The position numbers and the translations under genes were made by a program. DNA of 64,000 bases from Marsupella aquatica (Eukaryota; Plantae; Marchantiophyta): positions 15,251,375 to 15,315,374 of the forward strand of contig OZ316897.1 of NCBI GenBank assembly GCA_973895155.1. Reading direction: 5' to 3'. The first letter of the stretch is position 1; each line of letters opens with the position of its first letter. Under the pieces are notes generated by a model that was not told where the DNA came from, searched no databases, and was given only the letters and a program-made list of their open reading frames with translations. Shown in pieces: positions 1 through 12,300 of this stretch.

Positions 1-949
1 AACAAAAACTGAAACATGTTCGGGGATTAGCATTTTCTAAGGAGCAAGGAATGTTGATATCTTGTGGAGGGCATCATTGTTTAAGTTGAGGGCTTCCAAG
101 TCCAATGAGTTAAGAATGAGGTAGTCCAGAAAATAAAGACCAGATGGACTACCACAACGTGGATGGATTGGTGCAGAATGTCTAAAAGACTTGGGTATCA
201 CCTTTGCACATTCAACTGATATATGACCTGAGAATGGTTTCACTTAGTTTACCTGGTAACTTAGTCTACAGTACTAACGTAGGGGTCATTCTGGACGGGA
301 ATGCTGTGGTCATCTGAACTAGATTGATTTCATTCGCACCTCCTAGACCGATTCCATCCACCTCGTTACCATTCTTGTGAAGTTTTAAGACTCCCCTCAA
401 CTGCTCCCTTGCCCTTGCAAGCAACCTATCAAGATGAGGTCCCAGTACTTCGTTACTGGACGAAGTTTGGTTGGATTGGCAAGACCCATTGATTGGCAGA
501 GTTCGCATTGCTTCTACTTGAGGTAAGTGCTTTTTCAAACGAACCTTCGAATCTACTTTACGCAAGCCACTGTCAGGAAAGGAATTGAAGGATTTCCGCA
601 GAACTCGTACTTGCTGTCAGTGCTTTTTAAAGGAACCTTCCAATCTACTTTACGCAGTGTTTCTGATGATTCCGAGCATCCTTGACAGGACGTGTGGGCT
701 CACTTAGTCAATGGTGACTGACCTCCATGACTAACTGACTCAATCCACATTAGCCTGTGGGTCCTCACCTTGCAAGCGGATATGGTCATAATTATGGATG
801 TAACTATTCTGTGACTCCGCCAAAAAGCTGAAACAAGTAGCAGCACGTGCATTTTCGTCTCTGCAAGTGGACATGCCGATACAGTCATTTTGTGTAACTT
901 TCAGCTACACCAAGCAACACGAGAGTAGTCTCCAGTCTACAATGGTTAT

Positions 950-1160
950 ACATTTCAAACTGCCAAAAAACCCAATCCCTGGCAAGAAACCCAATCAAGG
1001 GAGAAAAAGCAATTATTATATATTTCAAACTGCCAAAAAACCCAATCCCTTCAAACTGCCAAAAAACCCAATCCCTGGCAAGAAAAGGCAAGAAACCCAA
1101 TCAAGGGAGAAAAAGCAATTATTATATTTATATACTTCAAACTGCCAAGAAACCCAATCA
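950..1160 (+). repeat. Imperfect tandem repeat (TTCAAACTGCCAAAAAACCCAATC units)
   Basis: Four or more copies of tcaaactgccaa(aa)aaacccaatc; explains the repetitive spurious ORF 867..1217. Confidence 0.8.
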
Positions 1161-1810
1161 AAGGAGAACAAGGAAAACGCCAAAAAGCCAACAGGACCAG
1201 GGCAATTGGTTATGTAGACTTTATCATTGTGATTTTTAGCTGTAGTATAAGCTAACATGTGGTAAAGCAAACTGTAGCAAATGGTGCTATAATTATTTTG
1301 CTAGAGGACAAGTTAGCGACCCACTCTACCTAGACGTTACTTAGTTCCTTGAAATCATTGTATGGCCCCCAATGTAGTAAAGGAAACTGTAACAAATGAT
1401 GTCAGGATTATTTGCTAAAAGACAACTTGGGGACCCACTCCACCTAGAAGTCATATACTGTTGTTCATTGGCTAGGGCCTCTCTTGTTTTGACAAGAGAA
1501 TATCGAATGAGGGGCATCTGAGTACAATTTTAATGTTAAAAAACTCAAAATAGAAATGGACCAAGTGACTAACCATCTTCTAGTAGTAGGGAGTCTCAAA
1601 ACGGGGCAGTCCGGAAGTTCACTGCTTCTTCATTTTACCTGGGCAATCTCTTGACAAACTGAACCACACCTCCAAATTCAGTCCTGAAAAGTTCTGCTTT
1701 CATCAGCCTGTGACATCTCTTGACAAACTGAAGCCCACGTCAAACTTCAGAGTTTAAGACCCCATTGTGTGCTCTAGTAAGGCTTCTCAAAACTTTTACT
1801 CATTCATGCT

Positions 1811-3553
1811 TTGAGGGCGGCGGATCCAGACATCCAGTCCCTGATCACCTTTGTCCATTTTTTTTATGGACTCGAGGCCCCACTCTTCTATAGTCATCAC
1901 TCCTCTATTGGAGTGTATACCACTATTTCTTGTGCAAAAGGTACACGTCAGGGTGACCCTTTGGGTGGGCCTCTTTTTGCCATTGCCAATTTTACAGTTT
2001 TACGGGAAACCGCCATGGCCCACCCCCAGTGTATCTTCCCCTCCCTTTCAGATGACACCCACATCATTGGTCCTCTTGCCGCGGTTACTTCTGCCCTCGC
2101 CACTCTTTCCACCCATTTGATGGGCCTCGGTTTACGGGTTCAGCCTATGAAGAGTCGTGCATGGAATCCAGCTGGGTTACCCTTTGATCTTGCGCTTCCC
2201 CCAGGGTTCTTACGTCCAGACGATGGTCTTCGGGTCCTTGGCTCCCCAGTCGGTACCGCTTCCTTTTGCTCATCTTTCATCGCTGACGCTCTACAGGCTG
2301 CCTTAGCCCCTACTCTTATGCTCCCTAAGTTAGCAGATTCTCAGGCAGCATTTGGGATGTTGTTGAGGTGCATCCACCCTCGTGCGTCTTATCTGGCTCG
2401 GATGCATCCCCCTACCAAGGATCTTTATCTCCACCTTCGAGCATTTGATATCTCCATTCGTGAGACTCTGGCCTCTCTTTTAGGGCCGGGTACGTTGCTC
2501 TCATCTCCGTGGCTTCATTGACAACTCGGTCTTCCTATTTCTCAGGGTGGTTTTGGGCTTACTTCCATTGAGAGCCTTGCACCTTTGGCCTTTTTGGGTG
2601 CGTGGGTGGCCGCCTTCTCATTGTTGGTCGATCATTTCCTTACTAAGGATCGCCCTTTCTTACTTTCATCTTTCATGGAGGTAGAGGAGGGTTCCCTCCC
2701 GTTTCAGGTTTATTTGCGCACGGCGCGGTCATCATTACCAGATCCCGTTCACGTCGCGTTACCTTCTTTTCAGGAGTTTTTATCCTTGGATCCCGTCCGT
2801 CTTTAGGCAGACCTCGTTGGGCGTATGCACACTTTCACCCTTTCCAACATCCTCTCTGACGCACCTGACACGGACTGAGCTCGGATTCTTTCTTCCGGAG
2901 GGAAGGGCGCAGGAGGATGGCTTCAGGCCAATCCAGCCATTCCTCATTTGCGGATGTCTTCAGCGGAGTTCTCCACAGCCATGCGTCTTTGTATGGGGCT
3001 GCCCCACCCTCTTCTTGGAGGTTTACCTCCTTCTTGCACTTGTGGGAAGCCTTGTGATGCCACAGGTGTCCATCTTCTTCGGTGCAGTTTGGGAGGTGAA
3101 ACTATTATCATTCACAACGTTGTGCGAGATGCGATTGCTCAGGTTCTCTCTGGCTCTTTGGTATGCGTGCGACAGGAGGTGGTACTCGAGTTACCTGGTC
3201 CTCCATCACAACGGTTACGGGTGGATCTTACCATGGTCCGTGAGGGTCAACGTACTTTGGCAGAGGTAGTGGTGGTAAACCCATTGCGCCAAGACATCAT
3301 TGGGACAGCGGCAACAACGGCAGGGGCAGCAGCGTCACGTGCGTCAACAACAAAGGAGACCAAATATGTTGCACAAACTTCATCCGACAACTTCCTCCCC
3401 CTTGCTCTGGAGCTATTTGGGCGTCTTCATCATCAGTTTGATGGGCTTCTTTGGCAAGTTGCCCAGGATGTTCATGACCGAATGGGTCCCACCAGACCCC
3501 CACTATTTGTTTTGATGAGGTATTTTTGCCAACGCATTTCAATCACCTTATAG
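1811..3553 (+). mobile_element. 5'-truncated, degenerate non-LTR retrotransposon of the RLE type (CRE-like): RT plus zinc knuckle plus restriction-like endonuclease
   Basis: RT motifs GTRQGDPLGGPLFA and SLSDDTHIIG, then GLRVLGSPVG. C-terminal CTCGKPCDATGVHLLRC..HNVVRD knuckle and LRVDL..EVVV..KETKY..FLPLALELFG endonuclease motifs. Broken by in-frame stops at about 2519, 2804 and 3551. Confidence 0.85.
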
Positions 3554-3914
3554 CATGCTCAAGCTCAGGTCATCTATCATCTCTTACAATGGGTGCTAGT
3601 GTACCTCCGCAACAGCTACTCCCCTAGAGAATGTTCCAATCCCACTTAGCTACTCCCCTAGAGAATGTTCCAATCCCACTTGCCTATCTAGTTTTGACCC
3701 TTATGTGGACTATTAACTTTTTGCCACATTTGCTAGGAATGTTGAGGACCTCGGTCGTTTGGGTTAATTTTAGTGCCTCTTTCTTGGTTTTTAGGGGTTC
3801 CCTATTGCTCTTTCTTACTTTTAGTTATTCTTTCTTGGTGTTATCTTGGTGTGTAGAGGTTCCATTTTGCTCACTTCTTTTAAGTTTGGTTTATGTCCAC
3901 TTCGGACCCTCTTT

Positions 3915-4140
3915 TGTTTGTTCATTTGTACTCTATTTGGTACCTTTCTATAAAATGTTCATTTGTACTCTATTTGGTCCCTTTCTATAAAAAGTGCATA
4001 TATTCATTTGTAATCTATTTGGTCCCTTTCTATAAAAAGTGTTTGGTCCCTTTCTATAAAAAGTGCATATATTCATTTGTAATCTATTTGGTCCCTTTCT
4101 ATAAAAAGTGTTTGGTCCCTTTCTATAAAAAGTGTGTATA
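3915..4140 (+). repeat. Tandem repeat tail (TTTGGTCCCTTTCTATAAAAAGTG units) at the 3' end of the retroelement
   Basis: About 6 imperfect copies of tttggtccctttctataaaa are directly visible. Confidence 0.85.
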
Positions 4141-5262
4141 TTTCTCTCATCCAGTAGCTCTTGTTATGAGAACTTTTGGTGTGAGATTTTAGAAATGGGA
4201 GAAGTGGATACGCCGATACATTCATTGTGTAACTTTCGGCTACATCAAGCAACACGTGACTTTGGAAATGGAATGTTGTCTCAAAGTTAGATTTTATATT
4301 ATGGAGTTTGGGATAGTCTCTTCGGTCCCTCCGGTTGTGGGACCCGCTAAAGATTTTAATAATGAGGCAATATTGTCCCAAAACAGATTTTTATAACAAG
4401 AGGAATTTTTACACTGGGCAAGAGTTGGGAGACATGTGTCTCAAAAGTTTAGGGTAAAATTTGTAGGCCTTTACTTGGTAACATTAACACCCGAAGGCGA
4501 AGGTTAGGTTCTCTATCAGGTCCAACGTCCACGAGTCTTGTATGATCACAATGATTAATGTTGTGTCCGTGGGCTTTTCAATCCGGTAAGGAAAGACTCC
4601 AAAGTTACAAGACAGTTGTGAAGGTATTATTTAAAAGGCAAAGAACAACTCCCACAATTTAAGGCAGTTCCCATGGGAAATATCAGGGTAAGATTTCCCA
4701 TGGGAAAGATCCACAACTTGTGGAATTTCTCATGCGGAAGCGCTATCCTGGCCTGTTGTATTCTTCCCGCTACCGTGGAAGGGAGCATGCAGAGCAGCTG
4801 CATACTTGTTAGCCTGTACCTCGAAAACCCATTATCGTTCTGGGATCCAAGAGTACGTAATTCTCAGACCGCAGATCTGGTGCCAATAAAACTCTTCTGG
4901 GACACTAGTCAGACATTACAAAAAGCTGCTACAAAAAATCAAGCTCCAACTCGGAATACATTTGTAGGATTGAAAGCAGCATAGTCAAGCTCCTATTCGG
5001 AACACTTCTGTAGGGTTGAAAGCATCATACTTTGATTATGACGGGTAAAAACTAGGGTCGTGAACCACAAGCACCCAGGAAGGATCGGAATACACAACTT
5101 GTCGAGAGTCAAAATCCCAATGCACTAGAATTGGGAGCCAGACTTAATATCTACTCTGAATTCGTTGGCCTGGAGGGCCAGTTCATTATACTCGTAGGCT
5201 AAATCACCTCTCGGCATACGTGACACAGTCAATGGGCCTAATTTCAAACAAAACCCTGCTTC

Positions 5263-7061
5263 TTAGTCGAAAAGTGAGAAACCGATGTCACCATCGCTCT
5301 CTTCTTCCTCCTCAGGTTCCTCCTTCGCAGGAGCTGCTTCCTCCTTGACTGCTGCAGGAGCACCGCCTCCTCCACCACCACTGCCAATAGCACCACCAGC
5401 GCCACCACCGAGGATAACCTGTTATCCAGAGGGTTCAACCACAATCTCGACACGGTCAGCCTCGTTACATCAAGTGGTTAGGAGAAGTCCCAGTCCAATG
5501 CCAGGTTCACTACTTAAAAGTACAATCAGGGTGATGAATTCTCCAATGCGGAGAGCCCTGCTACAATTTAATCACGTCAGGGAATCACTGGGCTACATGA
5601 AAACAATGTACGCCACTTCAGTAAGACAACAAACAGCTCAATGTACCGACGATAGAAATGTAGGGTGCATGGTCTATCCCAAAGAGTAAAGGCGACGACG
5701 TCGCTCCCCAGGGCTATGGAATATGCCACCTTACTCGGAAGCATACATACCTCGGAGGTAGTAGCCATCGACGAGCTTTCGATATCTGACGTTCACGCAA
5801 GAACATACGACATCTGAGACCCTGACGAGTCTTGTCGCTCTACGGCGTGAGGGCGGACATCCAGCCAAGGATGTCTTTCCCCCGTCATGCACAATGTTTC
5901 ATTTTAAAGCAGAACCCTCACCAGAGACAGATACAGTGCTCCGAAGTTGGACAAGCAAATGCGCGGAGCACCACAAAAACCTAACTTTCGGAAACCTAAA
6001 ATGGGATTTCAGGTAATAAGCTAGAAAAGAAGCAGTTGGCAGCCAGAGGGAACAAAGGGGTTCGTACGTGACACACGGACTCATTTAAACAAAATGAGTA
6101 CCAGAGAGAAAAATGAAACCAATTTAATGACTGAGTAATGTAGGGTGCATGGTCTATCCCAAAGAGTCAAGGCGACGACGTCGCTCTCCAGGGCTATGGA
6201 ATATGCCACCTTGCTCGGAGGCATACATACCACGAAGGTAGCAGCCATCAACGAGCCATTTCTATACGACGTTCACGCACGATCATACGACATATGAGAC
6301 CCAGTCGGGTCTGGTCGCTCAGTAGCGTTAGGGCGGCCATCCAGCCAAGGACGCCTAACCCCCGTCGGGACTGACATAGGACAATTCATGAAAAGCGTGA
6401 CTCTAGAGTAGCAAGAAATCCACGGAGCGCACGGAAAACTACGCATCTAAAAACGTGCGCCAAAAATTCAATCCTCGAGCAATCGAAACAGAAACTAGCA
6501 CTAAACCAGCCAGTAGGCCATTGGGGCACTGTACATCGCATTGGGACACACATGCCTCCAGCATGCCATGAATGCACCCGGGAGCGTACCCACAACATAA
6601 AGCAACAGCTCGCGTCGAACACTAAAAGCTCAAACCCTGAATCTACTACGAACAAGAGCACCAAGAGAAACAGAAGCCAGGGGGCCAAGAAGTGTGGCGA
6701 CAACATAGTAAGTAAGTGAGAGACGGCAGAGGTATAACATTGCACATGAACATTGCGACCTATTTCAAATCAACTCAAACACTACGGATCTGCTCTCGGC
6801 GAGCGCAGCAAGAGACATTCCTGCCCGGGTAGGAGGGCAAGTAACGTGGCCAAATACCTGAGCAACGGCAGAGGTCGGTGTGATGATCGAGAAGCTGGAG
6901 GAGACGGAGTTGGGGCCGGCCGTCTGCAGGGCGAGGTTGACGAGCTTTCTCTGCAAAGCGAAGGTCGACGCCGCACTCTCTTCGAGACTATGCTCCCCTC
7001 CGAACTGCTTGGCCGTCCATGTTCCACCGGACTCCTTCGCGATGAAAGTGAAGACCGCCAT
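5263..7061 (-). CDS. RPP3: 60S acidic ribosomal protein P3 (plant-specific); exons 7061-6858 and 5418-5263; 119 aa
   Basis: MAVFTFIAKESGGTWTAKQ...STFALQRKLV...SSFSIITPTSAVAQ|VILGGG...EEPEEEESDGDIGFSLFD* matches plant P3. GT-AG intron 6857-5419, phase 0. Confidence 0.95.
5656..5887 (-). ncRNA. snR30/U17 (SNORA73)-like H/ACA snoRNA, intronic copy A
   Basis: 3' hairpin GGTGGC-ATATTCCA(m1)-stem-AGACCAT(m2)-GCACC, then ACA plus 3 nt. Sense to the host intron and conserved in a second copy. Confidence 0.8.
6136..6366 (-). ncRNA. snR30/U17 (SNORA73)-like H/ACA snoRNA, intronic copy B
   Basis: Same m1/m2/ACA arrangement as copy A. Canonical H box ATAGAA (6265-6260) follows the GACG/CGTC closing stem. 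Confidence 0.82.
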
Positions 7062-7212
7062 CTCCACCGATTGTCTCTCCGGGCCGAGGGGATTACTTAT
7101 GTGCAAGCTATGTACAAAGAGCTCTTGAGGCGCGAGGCGAATAACTGAACTGAGCTGAGCGAAAGGGAGAGTTTCGGCGTTTCAGGAGCGGCCTTGTTCG
7201 TGCAAACGCTCG

Positions 7213-7350
7213 ATTAGGGTTCGGGAGTTTTAGGGTTTATGGTTTTCGCATTCGTACAAATGGCATACAACTTTTTCGTCCACCATAAAGCACTCCCAAA
7301 GGCTCCATATAGGGGGAAAACAAACCCTGCCAAAAGAAAAATAGGCCCAA
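7213..7350 (-). promoter_or_regulatory. Telo-box (AAACCCTA) and site II (TGGGCC) motifs upstream of RPP3
   Basis: tagggttt at about 7231 and ggccca at about 7344; this pairing is typical of plant ribosomal protein promoters. Confidence 0.6.
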
Positions 7351-9039
7351 GAAAGGAAAACAGTTTTTGATTACTTTGTCACTAAAGATATTCTAATTCA
7401 TAATATTACCACTATTTTTTCCTTATTTATAATAATGTCACTGTTTTGCATACGATAACAAGTTTACCAAGGTAACTAGGGGAACTATATACGGAAAACC
7501 GTGGCATTTTTGTAAATACAAAAAAAAAGATAGTATTGTAAATGTAAACATCTTTAGTGACAATGTAGTTAAAAACTGGAAAGAAAAAACAAGGAAAACC
7601 CAAGAGCCAAAGTAGACGAGTCCCCAACAAGCAAACTAAACTACTCTATAGCCCTACTGAGTGACAAAGATGAGAAGTTTGGTAGAGCTCCATATATAGC
7701 AAACCACATAGGAGGGTCACGAAGAGAAATTTGACTAGAAACCCTGAAATAAACCTCCTTGGCCCAGCAAAGAATAATGAATGAGTGAGCCCTTTGATAA
7801 CTGATTTCCACCAAGTTTTCAATTTTGCATTTGATTTGTTTTTCTCTGGAATAAGACAAATTAAAGCTAAATGAGAAATGGAAGATTCGGGGACACAAAT
7901 GAGAGATATGACCACAAATGAGAGATATGACCGCCAGCATGAACATGTCAAACACTGACCAACACAAAATATTAATAACATTTACACTTGTGTTCCAAGG
8001 ATGATGGGAGCATGCATTTGACTAGCAATAGGAGGTTTTGAGCAAATTCATCATTATTTGTTCATGCATTGGCCCCTTGATCATTCGCATGCAATTAAAG
8101 GAGTTGGGTCTTTAGTTACCATGGTTGTTGTGTATGCAACCTTTTACACTCTCATATCACAACACTATCAAGTCCCGAGAGTAAGGTAACACTGTACAAT
8201 TCTTGTGTCCACTCAAGTAGTACTATGAAACATTTGTGTTCATTTGAGCTTCAATACTTGCCAAATGATTTTTGTAATGGTTTTTAGCTTTTGAGCAAAA
8301 GAGGAGAGCATGAAGCCAAATGAATAAAATAGAGGCAAAAATGACAGGATTCTAGGATAAATCATCACACACACTAAAGCAAAGAAACAAAACTAAATTG
8401 ATTTCCTTCAAGGAATGAGGGAGAGATAAAAGATAAACTAACATGAAGGATGTTTGTGAGTATGTTGAGTCGATACAAATTGCCATTTTGGGTGGAAGTT
8501 GTCAGCAATCGTGCTTATTTAGATGATCTCTCCTAGCCGTGCAATCAATGACAAACCCCCTTTGAGATTGGCACAATCAACTTTCTAAATTGTTCACAGC
8601 TTACAGTTTTGGGCTAGGATGCATATGCACATGTAGCTTAAAATAATTATAGAACTAAGGTAGATCCTCAAGCCTAGAAATATAGTTTTCTTGGATATCA
8701 ACATGAAGTTAAAGGTTATTGGTTGTGGGATCCAGTTAATTACAAATTACCTATTACTGGGGGTGTATCCCTCAATAGAGCCAACATTAAAGGAGGGGGA
8801 GGTAATTCAAATACCTACTAATGACAAAACAATGTCTCCTAATCTAGATGAATTGATAGGAGTCAGAGGATGAGCCACATACATAGCAGCATTATTGTAT
8901 CACAAAGCACACTACACCCAAATCAACTAGAGTCTTCAATGCAAAGAGAACTTGCATGTGAAAGTCAAGCCTGAGAAAGATATGGAAGTTTTTTTTATCA
9001 AGCGGATTTGGATGAAGTTTCTGTTTATGCATACTAGAT

Positions 9040-9330
9040 CACTAAAGATGTAGATCCACCTTTGTTTTGCAAGGCTCTAAATTTTATTGACAAGCAAATA
9101 TGGCAAACAACAATGTGCATGAAACTGAATCACTTCACAATCACAAGACTTTGGACCTCACAAATCTTTCTAGTGAGAAATAGACAGTTGACACCATGTG
9201 GGTGTACAAAATATGATGAATCCACAAAGGATGCTCCGAAGATATTTAAGGTTTGGTTGGTAGTCAAGGGTTTTATTCAACGAAAGGTTTTAGACTACAA
9301 TGAGGTTTTCTCAATTGTCGTGCACATATA
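9040..9330 (+). mobile_element. Ty1/copia reverse transcriptase relic
   Basis: KVWLVVKGFIQRKVLDYNEVFS resembles the copia KARLVAKGFxQxxGxDYxExFSP motif. Confidence 0.7.
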
Positions 9331-12300
9331 TACAGATCGCTCAATCAAATAGCAAAAATTCTGTTGTTGTTGATGTTGCGCTTGCCTCTCCCGATGCTTT
9401 CATTAATGGCATCTTTATGTTTGGCATATCTCTCATGCTGAGCCGCCAATACCTGGCTGGGAGGAGGCATGTTGGCAATGGTACCCTCACCCCTAATTAC
9501 TCCATAGTCCCATCCATAGTTCGTTGTTTGCATCCAACAAACATACGTTGTTAGTCATGCAAAATTACATGTCCAATTCCAAGTGCGACAGACCCTAAGT
9601 AAGTTGAACCCTGGTTGGGCCACACCATCGCAAGAGACATGAGATATTAGAAGGAGCCACAGAAGGAGCCCAATATTTGTCAATGATACATCCTATAAGG
9701 GCCCCCTCCTCCCACCCACCAACCTTGGCGAAGTTCCTCAATCCTGCTTCCAAGAGTTGTGCCTCTTGCCTCTAAACCCATGTTTGCCTACTTGGCTTTG
9801 GCTGCCCCAATGTCGAGACCCCTTGGGGCAACAGCTTGGCCAACTTTTCAATGGGCCTTTTTCCTACCCTTGCATCCCCCAATCACATTGGTAACCCCAT
9901 TCTTTTGATTACTTTAAGCTTTTCAATTTAAATTCGTCTTGGCCAAGATCCCTTGGGACAACGGCATGGCGCGACCCACATTTCAATAAACCTTTTTCCT
10001 ACCCTTTGCATGGAAACCAAATCCAAGTTTACTCAGCTCCTTAGTGCCAATACCATGCCCCCTTGAGGGGTGTGATTTGCAACACTTTCCAACTTGGATG
10101 TTTGAGAGGAGGTGGTCCCCTCATATATAGTTCTAGGGACTTGCCACCCCTGGGCCACATTTGGTCCCCATGAGTCTCTCAGTTCAAAATCAGGTGGCAA
10201 CAAATAACCGCAAGGTTGAGAGCACTTTGGGAAGCTCAAACCATTGGAACCAAGGAAAGGAGTACGGCTGACCTGACACTGGGCATTTTCAATGCACCTG
10301 GACTTCTCCCCAGCAGGTCACAGCGGCACTCCAAGAGTGAGGTGCAGGAGTTAAGCAAGGGTCAGGCTGCAGAGATGAGGGTTGATAGTTGGGCAAGATG
10401 GAGTAGGACAATTGTAGCCGTGGTTGCAAAGGTCAGGTGAGGCGCGACACTTGGCCGGAGTCGGGGGCGGCAGCCACCGTGAGTGGTCCAGGCGCGGCTT
10501 CCAACAGTGTCACTCAAAGCGTCTGCCGCACAAGGGGAGTTGACCGACTCCGTTGCTGAGACAGGCCGGGCAAGGGGAGTCGACTGACTCCGGCACTGAG
10601 ATGGGCCAGTCCAGGCAAAGGTGTGAGGAGTGGCGGAGTGGGAGTATGAGGGGAGTCAACCAACTCCAGGGCGAGTCAGGCAGTGCTAGGGCTGGGGTGG
10701 GGTCGTCAGCTCTGGTCGTTGGGCCGTGGCTGTCAACTCAGGCTGTCAGGCTGGCGGCCGAGTCCACGCTCATCGCGAGGGCTGCTGGTGGGGAGGTCTG
10801 GCGCAGTCCAGGCTTGTCGCAATGGAGAGTCAAAGGCGGGGAGGACTCCAGGCGCATCGGACTAGAGCTCATCGTTGGTCCAGGTGTGTCGACTGGTCGT
10901 CGGTCACGCCTGCAGGCAAGCCGTGGCGAGTCAAGGCAGCAGGCAGGCCGTGGCGAGGCAGGTGAGTGGCGAGGCAGGTAAGGTTTGCTGGATCAATCAC
11001 GAGGCACACAGGGCGAGGCAGGCCGTGGCCTCCATCAGGCACACAGGGCCAACTTTTTTCCTCTATATTCCTTCAACATTTTACCGTTTTGATTTTCTGC
11101 ACCCAAAAGTGCACGGGAAATTTAAATGATGACCACGTGGACAAAGCGCACAACCTTGTATTATAGTCTTTGATATTTGTCCCTCCTTGCACATAGGCTG
11201 TAGTTGCACATACTTGTACAACATGCATTGCAGTCAGGTGTACCTTGGCATGTTACTGGACCATTGCATGTGAGACAAGAGAGTGAGGGAAGGCATTGAG
11301 ATAATTTTGATTTTATCTAATGGGTTATTAAAATAATGTTTTCCATGGACAATCAATATTTGATCTAGTCTTTTTGTTTTCATAAGCTGACAAAGCCCAA
11401 GAAATAGGCAGGGCCCTACATTATAGTGTTTAATAGATGTTGTCACAACATTCTTGTATGAATCACCCAATATTTTGTATGTAAATTTCTTGAAGATGTT
11501 CTTTGTGGAGAAGATGATAATGCATGAAGCCATGGTGTTTGCCACAAGGTTTGCAGAATATACTAGATTGCATCAATGTCATTGCATCAAAGTTATCATT
11601 AATGTTTTGTAAACTATGTTGTTTGTTGTGTGAAAGATGACCTTGTGTAACAAACATTGTTTACCACAAAGATGCTATTTGATGGTCACTCGACTATCCG
11701 ATCCATGCACAAGAGTCATTATTTTGCATCTGTTTTCCAAGTTGTGTATTAGTAATTTAGATTCTATTTACTATTTGTGTTAGTCACTAACTTTCTCTGA
11801 CTGTACAAGAGACCCCTGGGACCGATTCCCAGTCCTCCCGTCCCATCCCATCCCATCCCCTTCCCTCCTACTCATGGATGGGATAGGGATGATCCTCCTT
11901 GCCAGCTCCTTGGTCCTCTTGCATGGGTGTTTAGACCTCCCCATTTTCCCGTGGCCTTATTCGCCAACCTTCCCTTCTCTCATTGCCTCCCTTTTTGCTT
12001 CTCTCTTTCTTTGGCTCCCTTTTGCTTCTCTCTTTATTGGGCTTGGCAAATAGTGTAGTTTGTACAAGAACCATTGTAAAAAAAAGTGGACAGGTGCGAC
12101 TTCCTTTTGTACTTGTTAGTGGTTTTGGCCCTAGTTTGAGTGATTTACCTACCACGAACTACAGTCATCATGTCAGAAGGACATCACTGGCCCAAAGATT
12201 GAGAATCTTCTAGAAGCTAAAAGTCTTTTATTAAAATTTTTGAAAATGTGGAGTGTAAAAGTGGGGCCAACACTTGTAAGGCCATGATCATGAGGAGAAG

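Noticed and set aside
37-860. Short minus-strand ORFs at the window start
   Set aside because: No recognisable domain; cannot be assigned without upstream sequence.
5515-5652. Possible third intronic RNA with short matches to U8 snoRNA motifs (ATCGTC, ACGTGATTAA, CACCCTGATTG) and CTGA boxes
   Set aside because: No canonical C box, no terminal D box in the U8 position, no rRNA guide I could identify, and not repeated next to copy B. A cmsearch would be needed.
5285-7148. Plus-strand ORFs over RPP3 and similar shadow ORFs over F-box, GT49 and HCS
   Set aside because: Antisense or alternative-frame shadows of real exons.
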